Shown here in pieces: positions 1 through 9,857 of a stretch of 54,509 bases of DNA. The notes under the pieces were generated by a model. It was not told where the DNA came from. It did not search any database and was given only the letters and a program-made list of their open reading frames with translations. Each line of letters opens with the position of its first letter. Positions within the stretch are counted from its first letter, which is position 1. Source of the stretch: Callorhinchus milii (lineage: Eukaryota); NCBI RefSeq assembly GCF_018977255.1, contig NW_024705320.1, positions 1 to 54,509 of the forward strand, in the 5' to 3' direction. Both the position numbers and the translations under genes were made by a program.

Positions 1-375
1 AGTGAATAGAGAGAGGGGGCGGCAGTGAATGGTGAGAGGGAGCGACAGTGAATAGTGAGGGGGACGGAAGTGAATGGGGAGAGGGGGGCGGCAGTGAATG
101 GTGAGGAAGCGACAGTGAATAGTGAGGGGGCGGAAGTGAATGGGGAGAGGGGGGCGGCAGTGAATGGTGAGGGAGCGACAGTGAATAGTGAGGGGGGCGG
201 AAGTGAATGGGGAGAGGGGGGCGGCACTGAATGGTGAGGGAGCGACAGTGAATAGTGAGGGGGGCGGAAGTAAATGGGGAGAGGGGGGCAGCACTGAATG
301 GTGAGGGAGCGACAGTGAATAGTGAGGGGGGCGGAAGTGAATGGTGAGAGGGGGCGGCAGTGAATGGTGAATAGG
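1..375. repeat. Purine-rich minisatellite, ~67-bp unit built on AGTGAAT(A/G)G
   Basis: GCGACAGTGAATAGTGAGG recurs at 42, 109, 175, 242 and 309 (spacing 66-67). The core is the reverse complement of the CATTCACTG repeat at ~5990-6275. Confidence 0.95.
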
Positions 376-428
376 GACAGTAGAAGAGGGAGAAAGAAAA
401 TCGGGGGGGGGGGTGGGTTGTTACCCAC

Positions 429-575
429 CGTCCCAGGTGCAGCCGAACGCCTCCACGCGCATGCACACACTCATGGAGCGGTCCGCAAGCGGCACGAAGC
501 GCAGGTGGCGAGCGATGAGCGGCGGCGTGAGGTCGCGCACACCACCCCACTCGTGTCCACGTTGCCCTGCAGCAC
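429..575 (-). CDS. DDR2: Discoidin domain receptor exon (C-terminal part of the DS/F5-8C domain), on the minus strand, with one apparent 1-nt deletion
   Basis: The minus strand reads ctcctcag|VLQGNVDTSGVV-[frameshift]-RDLTPPLIARHLRFVPLADRSMSVCMRVEAFGCTWD-G|gtgggt. This matches the DDR motif DL.PP..AR..RF.P..D.SM.VC.RVE.YGC.W. The AG acceptor is at 577-576 and the GT donor at 428-427. DDR1 versus DDR2 orthology is not resolved. Confidence 0.9.
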
Positions 576-589
576 CTGAGGAGTGGGGG

Positions 590-935
590 GTAGCGATGAG
601 ATGTTAACTACCTCGCCTGGTACGCAGGACCACGTAGGTTCGATCCGGACTGTGACGACCCCTGCTGATTTATATTTGTAGCCTGCGTCTCTATCTCTCT
701 CTCCCCGTGGTCGCTTCGGATTTTTGTCCAGGTTCCACGATTTTTCCCGTCCACATTTAAAATGAACAGCGTCACACGTTCAGAGTATTTGGCTGCTGCT
801 CTACATCTCCACGTGACGATGATCATCCTCCTCTTCGTTGAGCTGCTATAGTTTGGTGACTGCGAGGTCGCTTATAAAAAAGAGCTACACAGCTCAATAG
901 GGCCTTACCCCAATCAAATAAAAAAGAAATGGATT
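590..935 (+). mobile_element. tRNA-derived SINE with V-domain-like core (V-SINE type), copy 1
   Basis: B-box-like GGTTCGATCC at ~637, a core CTCTCTCCCCGTGGTCGCTTCGGATTTTTGTCCAGG and an A-rich end. Homologous to copies at ~1832, ~5893 and ~45705. Confidence 0.75.
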
Positions 936-1403
936 TTCGTTTTCGCTTGTTTACCCAAGAAAAGCCTCCATGAGTCTTAAGACTCGTTCTCAGGAGGGTC
1001 CTGCCAGGTATTTTCCGGAGGGAGCGACATTGCCACTCCCCGTGATTCCCAAGACGTTTCAATGTCAAAACACTTTTGGCTAACAGCGGTCGCCTTGTGT
1101 TCGTTTTCGCCATGGGAGAACATCAGATAACCTGAAGGAAGCCCTCGAATAACAGGGGGACGGAGCAAGAGAGAGCACAGTAAGAAAGGTGTTTTTGGTT
1201 GGGTTCGATCGTGTAAATATGAATGTGTCGTTGAACCCACCGCCAATACCCGACACAGCCTATTAGTGATGTTTATCACGTAAACAAAACATGCCAATTG
1301 GTTCCCACTCAGCACTAACCGGTTCTATTTTGGAGAGTAAACCCACTGCATTTTTATATATGTTCATATAGGCCGCCCCCTCTCCTCAATTGCCCCTCCA
1401 CAG

Positions 1404-1511
1404 AGGGGCTGACCTCCTACTCACTGCCCCGGGGTCATATGATGAGCCGGGGGCAGGGATTCCACCCCTGGCACTGGAGGACGACTCGTACGACGGCTAC
1501 TCCACCAGGAG
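1404..1511 (+). CDS. DDR2: DDR exon (start of the DS-like domain), with one apparent 1-nt deletion in a G run
   Basis: cctccacag|(E)GLTSYSLPRGHMMSRG-[frameshift at G run 1449-1453]-AGIPPLALEDDSYDGYSTR-AG|gtgggt. Matches DDR GL.SY..P.G......L.DS.YDG. Starts in phase 1 and ends in phase 2. Confidence 0.88.
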
Positions 1512-1521
1512 GTGGGTGGGT

Positions 1522-1822
1522 GCCACCACCGTGCCACCACTACCGTGCCACCACCGTGCAACCACCGCCCCACCAATGTGCAACCACCGCCCCACTACCG
1601 TGCAACCACCGCCCCACTACCGTGCAACCACCGCCCCACTACCGTGCAACCACCGCCCGAACACCACACAACCACCACGCCACCACCGTGCAACCACCAC
1701 CCCACCAACGTGCAACCACCACCACCCCACCACCACACCACCACACCACCACACCACCACACCACCACCACCACACCACCACCACACCACCACCGTGCCA
1801 CTGCCATGCCACCACTGCGCCA
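1522..1822. repeat. CCA/CAC-rich low-complexity tandem repeat
   Basis: Repeated CCGTGCAACCACCGCCCCACTA units decay into (CCA)n. Confidence 0.95.
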
Positions 1823-1831
1823 CAGTCTCAA

Positions 1832-2130
1832 TTTGCTATGAGATGTTAACTAACTCGCCTGCTATACAGGAGTGTGTGGGTTCAAATCCGACCCTGACGA
1901 TGCCTGCTGCTGTGTATTTGGAGTTTGCGTGTCTCTCTGTCCGTGTTCGTGTGGATTTGTTCTCTGGGTTCTCTAGTTTTCCCTCCACAGTCAAAATGGA
2001 CATCACGCATTTAGAGTTATTTGGCTACTGCTGTACATTTTCACGTGATGATGATATCATTTGTGATAGCCAGGGTCGCTTCTGAAACACCGAGCCTGGG
2101 CTTGGTAAAATTAAAATAAATATTTCAAAA
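1832..2130 (+). mobile_element. V-SINE-type SINE, copy 2
   Basis: GAGATGTTAACTAACTCGCCTG head, GGTTCAAATCC B box, V-domain-like TTTGGAGTTTGCGTGTCTCTCTGTCCGTGTTCGTGTGGATTT...CCCTCCACAGTCAAAA and an A-rich tail. Confidence 0.8.
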
Positions 2131-2178
2131 CAGTTCAGTTGAGGAATGAGGCATGCCCACACTCGTCGCTCGCCCCAG

Positions 2179-2359
2179 CTACGTGTCGGGAGGGCTGGGT
2201 CAGCTGACGGACGGGATGTGGGGTGGCGACGACCTGGCCCTGACCTCCGACCCCCTGGTGGCCCCCGGCTACGACTACGTTGGCTGGAACAGCTCAACAC
2301 TCTCCTACGTGGAGACGGAGTTCATCTTCGACCGCTCACGCAACTTCTCCCTCATGCAG
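2179..2359 (+). CDS. DDR2: DDR exon (DS-like domain)
   Basis: cgccccag|(S)YVSGGLGQLTDGMWGGDDLALTSDPLVAPGYDYVGWNSSTLSYVETEFIFDRSRNFSLMQ|gtgggg. Carries the diagnostic DDR motifs GLGQLTDG, PGYDYVGW and FDR.RNF. The phase 2 start joins the previous exon and it ends in phase 0. Confidence 0.95.
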
Positions 2360-2404
2360 GTGGGGGCGGCATCGGTGGTGTCTGTGTGTCTGTGTGTATG
2401 TGTG

Positions 2405-3135
2405 TGGGGAGCTGTGGCGTAGCGGTTAGCGCGCTGCGCTACAAACCCAGCGACGCGAGTTCGATTCCTGCTCACGGCCAACACCAGTGATGATTATCTG
2501 AACCGGTCATGGGCCTCCCCTAACATGGCCAATGGGGAGACAAGGCGATCGGGCGTGGTGCTGACCACCCATCCCCTCGTGTGCCGTGACGGCCCTTAAT
2601 AGGTGCTGCCGGCTAACAGCATTTCCCTTAACAGGGGATCTTTGTTTCGTCTGTGCGTGTGACGGTTTGTGTCTCTGTGTGTGTGCCTGTGCGTGTGTCT
2701 GTGAGTACCTGATGCGATGTGTAAACATCGCCACTAGGGAGACAAAGGCGGCCGGGGGTTGTGTTGGTCACCCACCCCTCGTGTGCCGTGCCGGCCTTCA
2801 TAGGTGCTTGCTAACAGCACTTGCCTCAACAGTCTGCTAAGGCTATACGGGGGATCCTTGTCTGTGTGTGTCTGCGTGGGGTAGTGTAGTGGTTAGCGCG
2901 CCACAAAGGAACCGGCGACCAGTGACGGTCCTGGGCCTCCCCGAGGTCGACTCGGTCTTAAATAAATACCTGGTGCGGTGTGTAGTAAAAACATCGCCAC
3001 TGGGGAGACAAAGGCGGCCGGACGTGGTGCTGGCCACCCACCCCCTCGTGTGCAATGCCGGTCTTCATAGGTGCTCATCGCTAATAGCACTTGCCCCAAC
3101 AGTCTGTTAAAGGCTACACGAGGGATCTTTGTCTT
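2405..3135 (+). mobile_element. Second tRNA-derived SINE family: one headed copy plus two tandem partial copies
   Basis: A box TGGCGTAGCGG (~2415) and B box GAGTTCGATTCC (~2457). The block GGGAGACAA(A)GGCG...GGTGCTG.CCACCC...CCCTCGTGTGC...TAGGTGCT...CTAACAGCA occurs three times (~2535, ~2737, ~3002). Confidence 0.8.
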
Positions 3136-3139
3136 TGTT

Positions 3140-4256
3140 TGGTGATGGTGGTGGTGATGATAACAGAGGGAGACTGAAGCAGTGGTGGTGGTGATGACAG
3201 CGAGACAGAGTGATGGTAGTAATGGTGGCGGCGGTGGTAGTGATGATGATGATGGTGGTGATGGCGGCGGTGGTAGTGATGATGGTGGTGATGGCGGCGG
3301 TAATGATGGTGGTGATGGCGGCGGTAGTGATGATGGTGGTGATGGAGGCGGTAGCGATGATGGTAGTGATGGCGGAAGTATTGATGATGGTGTTGATGGC
3401 GGCGGTAGTGATGGTAGTGATGGCGGTAGTGATGATGGTGATGGCGGCGGTAGTGATGGTGGTGATAGTGGTAGTAGTGATGGTGGTGATGGCGGCGGTA
3501 GTGATGGTGGTGATGGTGGTAGTGATGGTGCCGATGGTGGCAGTGGTTATGATGGTGGTGATGGCGCGGTAGTGATGGTGGTGATAGTGGCGGTAGTGAT
3601 GGCGGCGGTAGTGATGATGGTGGTGATGGCGGCGGTGGTGATGGTGGTGATGGCGGCGGTAGTGATGGTGTTCATGGCGGTGGTAGTGATGGTGGTGATG
3701 GCGGCGGTAGTGATGATGGTGGTGATGGCGGCGGTAGTGATGGTGGTGATGGTGGCGGTAGTGATGGTGGTGGCGGTAGTGATGGTGGTAGTGATGGTAG
3801 TGATGACGGCGGTAGTGATGGTGTTCATGGCGGTGGTAGTGATGGTGGTGATGGCGGCGGTAGTGATGATGGTGATGATGGCGGCGGTAGTGATGGTGGT
3901 GATGGTGGCGGTAGTGATGGTGGTGGTGGTAGTGATGGTGGTAGTGATGGTAGTGATGACGGCGGTAGTGATGGTGTTCATGGCGGTGATAGTGATGGTG
4001 GTGATGGCGGCGGTAGTGATGATGGTGGTGATGGCGGCGGTAGTGATGGTGGTGGTGATGGCGGCAGTAGCGATGGTAGTGATGGCGGCGGTAGCGATGG
4101 TAATGGTGGCGGTAGTGATGGTGGTGATGGCGGTGGTAGTGATGATGGTGCTGATGGCGGCGGTAGTGATGATGGTGCTGATGGCGGCGGTGGTGATGGT
4201 GGCGGTAATGATGGTGGTGATGGAGGCGGTGGTGATGATGATGGTGGTGATGGCGG
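3140..4256. repeat. (GGT/GAT/GGC/AGT) trinucleotide-derived compound microsatellite
   Basis: About 1.1 kb of GTAGTGATGGTGGTGATGGCGGCG variants. It explains the poly-His, poly-Val/Met and Gly/Asp ORFs. Confidence 0.97.
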
Positions 4257-4405
4257 TCCCTGGCCTCCCCTTGGAAACTCAGCCTCGAATTAGTACCTGG
4301 TGCGGTGTGAAAAACAATAGCATGGGAAGGCAATGTCGGCCTTAATAGGTGCTCGATAACAGCACTTACTCCAACAGTCTGTTTAGGGCTACACGGGGAG
4401 ATGTC
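4255..4405 (+). mobile_element. Fragment of the second SINE family
   Basis: GGTCCCTGGCCTCCCC...AGTACCTGGTGCGGTGTG...TAATAGGTGCTCGATAACAGCACTT...AACAGTCTGTT..GGCTACACGGGGAGAT matches 2927-3130. Confidence 0.75.
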
Positions 4406-4980
4406 TTTGATGGTGAGAGTGATGGTGATCTTGGTTGATGACTCCTTCTTTCATTTGTGGTGGCCAAGTCGCTTTTGAAAAATAAGTAATATTTAAAAAT
4501 ACTTTTGTAAAAACACGCTTTAATGAAATGTACCGCACGAGTAATGGCAGAACTCCACGACTTCAGGAAGTGGCCCTGAAGCTTGCCATAACGTAAGGGG
4601 CCGTGGTGATTTACAGCCAACGTCAGTTGAGTGTGGACAATTAGACCCAAGCCGAAACATAACATATTAAAAAGAATGTTTAAAAAATATTTTTTATGAT
4701 AGAATATAGCATTGTCATCAGTAAGACATAAGTATACCAAGTTTACAGTCGATACCACATTGGGAAGTGGGTTAAAATTTAGTTACAAGATTTGAGGATA
4801 TGACAACAACAACAATAACAGACAGAGTGAGTTAAATAAAAGCGTGTAAAATAAGTGACTACCTCAGTGGGCTTAGCCCGGCAGGATGGGGGATGGTTTA
4901 GTGTTGTAGTTGCATGTTTGTTTGATTCGTTTACCTTGTACTTTTCACTCCGATCGTGTTGTTGTAACGTTCTGACCCCG

Positions 4981-5710
4981 TTATTGTCGTCATCGTCGTC
5001 ATCACTGTCATCATCACTGTCATCATCACTATCATCATCATCGTCATCATCATCATCGTCATTGTCATTGTCGTCATCGTCATCATCGTCGTCGTCATCG
5101 TCACCGTCATCATTGTCATCATCGTCATCATCATTGTAATCATCACTGTCATCATCGTCATCATCATTGTCATCATCATTGTCATCATCATCATTGTCAT
5201 CATCATCATCGTCGTCATTGTCATCATCATCATCGTCGTCATTGTCATCATCATCATCGTCATCATCGTCGTCGTTGTCATCGTCATCATCGTCATCATC
5301 GTCATTGTCGTCATCATCATCATTGTCGTCGTCATCGTCATCATCGTCATAATCATCATTGTCATCGTCATCATCGTCATTGTCGTCATCGTCATCATCG
5401 TCATTGTCGTCATCATCATCATCATCATTGTCGTCATCGTCGTCATCGTTGTCATCGTCATCGTCGTCATTGTCATCATCATCATCATTGTCGTCGTCAT
5501 CATCGTCGTCATAATCATCATCATTGTCATTGTCATCGTCATCATCGTCATTGTCGTCGTCATCATCGTTGTCATAATCATCATTGTCGTCATCGTCGTC
5601 ATCATCATCATCGTCATCGTCATCATCGTCATTGTCGTCATTATCATCGTCATCATCATCATTGTCATCATCATATTCATCATCATCGCCGTCGTCATGA
5701 TCATCATCGT
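4981..5710. repeat. (TCA/TCG/TTG)n compound microsatellite
   Basis: About 730 bp of TCATCGTCATTG variants. It explains the poly-Ser and Met/Thr ORFs. Confidence 0.97.
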
Positions 5711-5736
5711 TCTCGCCCTCGTTACCTGAGAGCCAG

Positions 5737-5892
5737 GTTCACTGCAGCAACCAGTTTGACCACGGGGTGAGAGAATTCCGTGAGGCTCGCTGCTTCTTCC
5801 GTCCGAGCGTGAGCTCCGAGTGGGAGGACGACCCCGTGACCTACGCCGCTAGCAGCTGGGGACCCCGGGCTGGCACCCGGCCAGACCCCAAG
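5737..5892 (+). CDS. DDR2: DDR exon (DS-like domain) ending at a GC donor
   Basis: gccag|VHCSNQFDHGVREFREARCFFRPSVSSEWEDDPVTYAASSWGPRAGTRPDPK|gcaaga. 156 nt, phase 0/0. Matches DDR VHC.N.F..GV..F.E..C.FR...SEWE. Confidence 0.9.
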
Positions 5893-5985
5893 GCAAGAGA
5901 ATGTTAACTACCTCACCTGGGATGCAGGAGGTCGTGGGTCCAATGCTGACCCGCACAATGCCTGCTGTATTTTTGTAGTTGGCCT
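5893..5985 (+). mobile_element. V-SINE-type 5' fragment, copy 3
   Basis: GAGAATGTTAACTACCTCACCTGG...GCAGGAGGTCGTGGGTCCAATGCTGACCC...ATGCCTGCTGTATTTTTGTAG aligns to the heads of the 590 and 1832 copies. Confidence 0.7.
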
Positions 5986-5989
5986 GTCT

Positions 5990-6275
5990 CTCACTCTCAT
6001 TCATTCACTGCTACCCTCTTTCATTCACTGCCCCGCCCCCTACCGATATTGCCACCCACTCTCATTCTTGCATTGCTGCCTCCATTCATTCACTGCTGCC
6101 CCTTGTCACTTTCACTCCCCTCCCTTCATTCATTCACTGCCACCCCCCATCTTTCATTCATTCACTACCGCCCCTATCACTGCCTCTTCCCTCCTTCATT
6201 CATTGCTGCCCCATATCACTGCCACCCTTGTTCATTCATTCACTGCCGCTCCCCTCTTGTTCATTCACTGCTCGC
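5990..6275. repeat. CATTCATTCACTGC-based low-complexity repeat
   Basis: Repeated TTCATTCATTCACTGC(T/C)(G/A)CCCC units. Confidence 0.9.
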
Positions 6276-6429
6276 TTTTTCCGACACGAATCTCGAAGGG
6301 GATTGAGGCAGCCGAGCGTGGTAACATGCGATGCTCATACTTCCTGGATCTTGTCCTAAAGACGCTTATAGGTGTCCCGGGTAAACAAACGTAATAGCAG
6401 TGATAATAACAACAACGGTGTTTCGATTG

Positions 6430-6540
6430 GTTAGTTTGTTGTCCTTCCTCGCGGCACCTTCAATTAGCACGGCTGGTTACATATGGTGTGAAAGAAGTTC
6501 AACATATATACACACGTACAATGTACGTACAACATTCATA
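6430..6540 (+). repeat. Dispersed repeat, probably a retroposon 3' tail; also at ~46755-46810 and 48290-48580
   Basis: The shared motif GTC(C)TTCC....CCT...ATTAGC.CGG.TGG.TAC.TA.GGTG.GAAAGAAGTTCAA is followed by CATA-like repeats. Confidence 0.6.
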
Positions 6541-6577
6541 GATGGCTGCATGTCATTGTCTCTCCCTGTCTGTCCAG

Positions 6578-6686
6578 GCTCGCTTCGTGCCTGTGCCACT
6601 GCTCGGCCGAACAGGCATTGCCATCAAATGCCGCTTCTACTTTGCCGACACATGGCTTCTCATCAGCGAAGTTAGCTTCCAGTTCC
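6578..6686 (+). CDS. DDR2: DDR exon (end of the DS-like domain)
   Basis: ctgtctgtccag|ARFVPVPLLGRTGIAIKCRFYFADTWLLISEVSFQF-C|gtaagt. Close to DDR2-type ARFV.VPL..R...AIKC...FADTW...SE..FQ. Consensus donor, ends in phase 1. Confidence 0.95.
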
Positions 6687-6809
6687 GTAAGTTAACTTCT
6701 CCTCCTCTGCCTCTCTCCATCCATTAACCCCGACCTACGCTAGGCTTGCCAACTGTACAGGTTAACCTAGAACCGTAGCTGGCATCCCTGGAAATCTGTC
6801 AGCCGACCT

Positions 6810-7135
6810 GAGAGTGACTGTTTGAGTGAGTGTGCGAGTGACTGGGTGGGTGAGTGAGTGAGTGAGTGAATGGGTGAGTGACTGAGGGGTGAGTGACCGG
6901 GTGAGTGTATGGGTGTGTGGGTGACTGGGTGAGACAAGTAAATGCAATTGCGTGAGTGGTTACATGAGTGGTTGAGTCGGTGAGTGACTGGATTTTAGAA
7001 TGAATGGGTGAGTGACTGGGTGGGGTAAATTAGCAGATATATGAGTGAGTGATTGGGTTGATGAGTGAGTAGGTGAGTAACTGGGTGAGTGGGTGAGTAA
7101 CTGGGTGGGTGGATGGGTGGGTGAGTGGGTGATTG
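6810..7135. repeat. (GAGT/GGGT)n microsatellite
   Basis: Degenerate GTGAGTGAGT/GGGTGAGTGACT array. Confidence 0.93.
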
Positions 7136-7149
7136 GCCATTCCGCTCAT

Positions 7150-9780
7150 GGCATTTTTAGCCACCACAGTGGTCAAATGGGGGCTCTGGACGGGTGCGAG
7201 GGGCTGGTAACCCCTCCAGCTTCAATTAATTACCACAAAACTGCGACTGAAAAATGTAATTAATAAGCTTGTGTCGGAGGCCCCGGGGGGACAGGCATCT
7301 ATGACATCTCCTGGCCAAACCCATTTGGCGGAGCCAGGAGACTGAATCGGGGCTCCTCCAGAAACAACAAAAAACCACTACGTGTAGCCACGTGGAATGT
7401 TCGAATGCTCACTGCGGAGGACAGGCTGCCACTCCTTTGTCGAGAGCTGGACCAGTACCGCCTGGATCTCTGTGGTACTCAGGAGGTCTGGTGGACAGGC
7501 TCTGGCTCCTGCCACCATGAGGGATGGACAGTCCTCTACTCGGGGCAGGAGACTGCCAAACATCAGGGAGTAGCTCTTCTTCTGAACCAAATAATGAAGG
7601 GGCGTGGGAGCGTGGCGGTGAGGTGTGGGAAGCTGTAAGCCACAGGCTACTTTGGGCTCGCCTTCCCATCAACCAGAGGCAAGGAGTGGTGGTCGTGGTC
7701 ACTTATTCATACATCGAAGACGAACATCTGTGGAGGGATGCAGGCAAGGCCAATGAGTCGGATGCCTTCTATGACCTCCTGTCACAGGTGCTAGCTAAAG
7801 TGGCCCTCGGGATAGAGGCATCTTGTTGGGTGACTTCAATGCCCGAGTTGGTCATGATGCTGGCACCTGGTTTGGAGTGATTGGAAGGCATGGGCCAGAT
7901 CAGCTCAACAACAATGGCAGATTTTTGTCCAGCCTATGGGCTTCTAATTACCAACATGCTGTTCCAGCATTGGCGCATCCACACAACATCATGGATGCAT
8001 GCCTAGTCTAAGCAAGAACATCTGCTGAACTATATAGTGATAGAACAGTGGATGCGGGCCCATGTCCTTACACCAAGACTTACCGTGGAGCTGAACTGCC
8101 CACTGACAATCGAATTGTCATCTGTAACATGCGCCTGCCATTATTCCACTCTGGTGGTGGATGTACATCCAGGACCCCATTCAAACACATAGTGGCATGG
8201 TCTCAGCTAGCTGATGAAAGTTGCAAGCGAGAATTTCATCATCGCTTATGGCTGGGGTTGGCATCGTCCCCCACTCCTCCTGATTTCGAGGGGAAATGGG
8301 AGAGTTTTAGGACTGTGGCTCATGCAGCTGCAATGGCTGTTTTGGCTACACGGTCCCGACCTCCCCAGAGACCCTGGCTGACAGAGGAGGTGTTCAGGCT
8401 GGCTGAGAAAAAGCGACAGGCCCACTCTCATCAGCTACAGCATCCCATGTTGGAGAATGAGGAGGCTTGCCGCAGCCTTCACTTGGAGGTTCGGAGAGCC
8501 ATGAGGCACTGCAAGGATGGGTGGTGGTCGCGGGTTGCTGAGGAGATTGAGTCTGCCTCAATGGCCCGCGATCAGAAATTGCTCTTTAACTCCATCAAAA
8601 AAGTAACCTGCAGCACCATACCTATTACCATCATTAGGGGAAAGAACGGAGATCCAATCTCTGACCCCCAGGAACAGGTATGCAGATTTTCTGAGCATTT
8701 TTGTGAGGTCCTGGGGGAGGGAAAATCCCTCGGTCAGGAAAAAAAACGTGGGACAAAGTGGAGATGACCCTGCTGAGGCTGCCGTGCCTCAATATTGGAA
8801 GAAGTCACCCCCTGTGAGTGGCTGGATGAAGTGCCATCTTTTGAGGAAGTGCTGAAAGCAATCCGGAGTCTGAGACCAGGAAAGGCACCGGGCAGAGATG
8901 ATCTCCGAAGCAAAATGCTGAGGAAGGTGGCGTTTGTGCACAGACAGCCCTACATGACATCATAACAACAGTCTCGACCACTCGACGGGTTCCGCAGGAT
9001 TGGAAGTACCGCACAGACTGTAACAACTACAGAGACATCTCACTTATCAGTGTGCCGGGAAAGGTCCTAGCAAGGATTATTCAACATGACCTTGCTAGAC
9101 ACGGTGAGGAGATGATTGCGGAGCTCCAATGCGGTTTCAGGAAAGGGCGGTCCTGCACAGATGCCATATTTTCTGTCTGTCTGCTACAGCACAGGTGTAG
9201 GGAATTCCAACAGACCTACATCTTTGCTTTATTGAGCTGGTCAAGGCCTATGATACCATCCGTAGGCTTGGGCTCTGGGTTCTTCGTGCTTTCAGAGTCC
9301 CTGACCCTCTGCTCACGATCATTAAGGACCTTCATGATGGTGAGTGGGTCTGGGTAAAACTACGTTGGCTGGGAGTCGGAGCCATTCCTTGTACACCTTG
9401 GAGTGCGACAGGGATGTCCTCTGGCTCCCACATTATTTAACATCTATTTCGACTACATAGTTCATGAATCCTTCAATAGGTGTACCGGAGGAATTTCCAT
9501 CTGGTACAGATACAATGGGAGGCTGATCGATGCCCAGATGCGGTCAAAGGGATGGCTCCCTATTGCTCAACCATGTTACGTATGCCGATGATCTGGTAAT
9601 TGCTGCTCACTCAGAGGAGGAGTTGGAGGCGCTGCTGCTGAACCTGGAGCTTGCCACTAATAAGTGGGGCCTTACCATCAGCCCCCACCAAAACTAAGCA
9701 CCTGCCTGAGTATTTGTACCATCGGACACTCCACTTCCACAACTCCCAATTGGTGATGGGGTAGTTGTGGAGAGAGTGGA
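7150..9780 (+). mobile_element. Degenerate non-LTR retrotransposon, RTE clade (APE endonuclease plus RT), 3'-truncated
   Basis: APE motifs LRVATWNVRML (7378), GTQEVWWTGSG and LGDFNARVG (~7826). RT motifs QCGFRKGRSCTDAIF (~9127), GVRQGCPLAPTLFNIYFD (~9400) and YADD (9581-9592). No separate ORF1; several frameshifts and stops. The 5' boundary is approximate. Confidence 0.88.
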
Positions 9781-9857
9781 GATTCATCTCTTGATTCTTT
9801 CGGTAAAGTCACGTAGAAGGGAAGTAATAAATAATAAAAATAAACATGATAAAATAA

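Noticed and set aside
55..607. Plus-strand ORFs 55-237, 364-579 and 413-607
   Set aside because: They are a translation of the minisatellite and the antisense shadow of the minus-strand DDR exon.
940..1380. Unique-looking segment near the inferred inversion breakpoint
   Set aside because: I see no recognisable protein, TIR pair or exon, and cannot place the breakpoint more exactly.
1390..2085. 231-aa Pro/His/Thr-rich ORF and overlapping ORFs
   Set aside because: They are read-through from part of a DDR exon into a CCA repeat and a SINE.
2405..2480. tRNA-like sequence with A and B boxes
   Set aside because: It is the head of a SINE: it continues into a repeated SINE body and lacks a clean cloverleaf and terminator.
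3107..5707. Long poly-His, Val/Met, Gly/Asp, poly-Ser and Met/Thr ORFs (up to 408 aa)
   Set aside because: These are stop-free frames of trinucleotide microsatellites inside a DDR intron.
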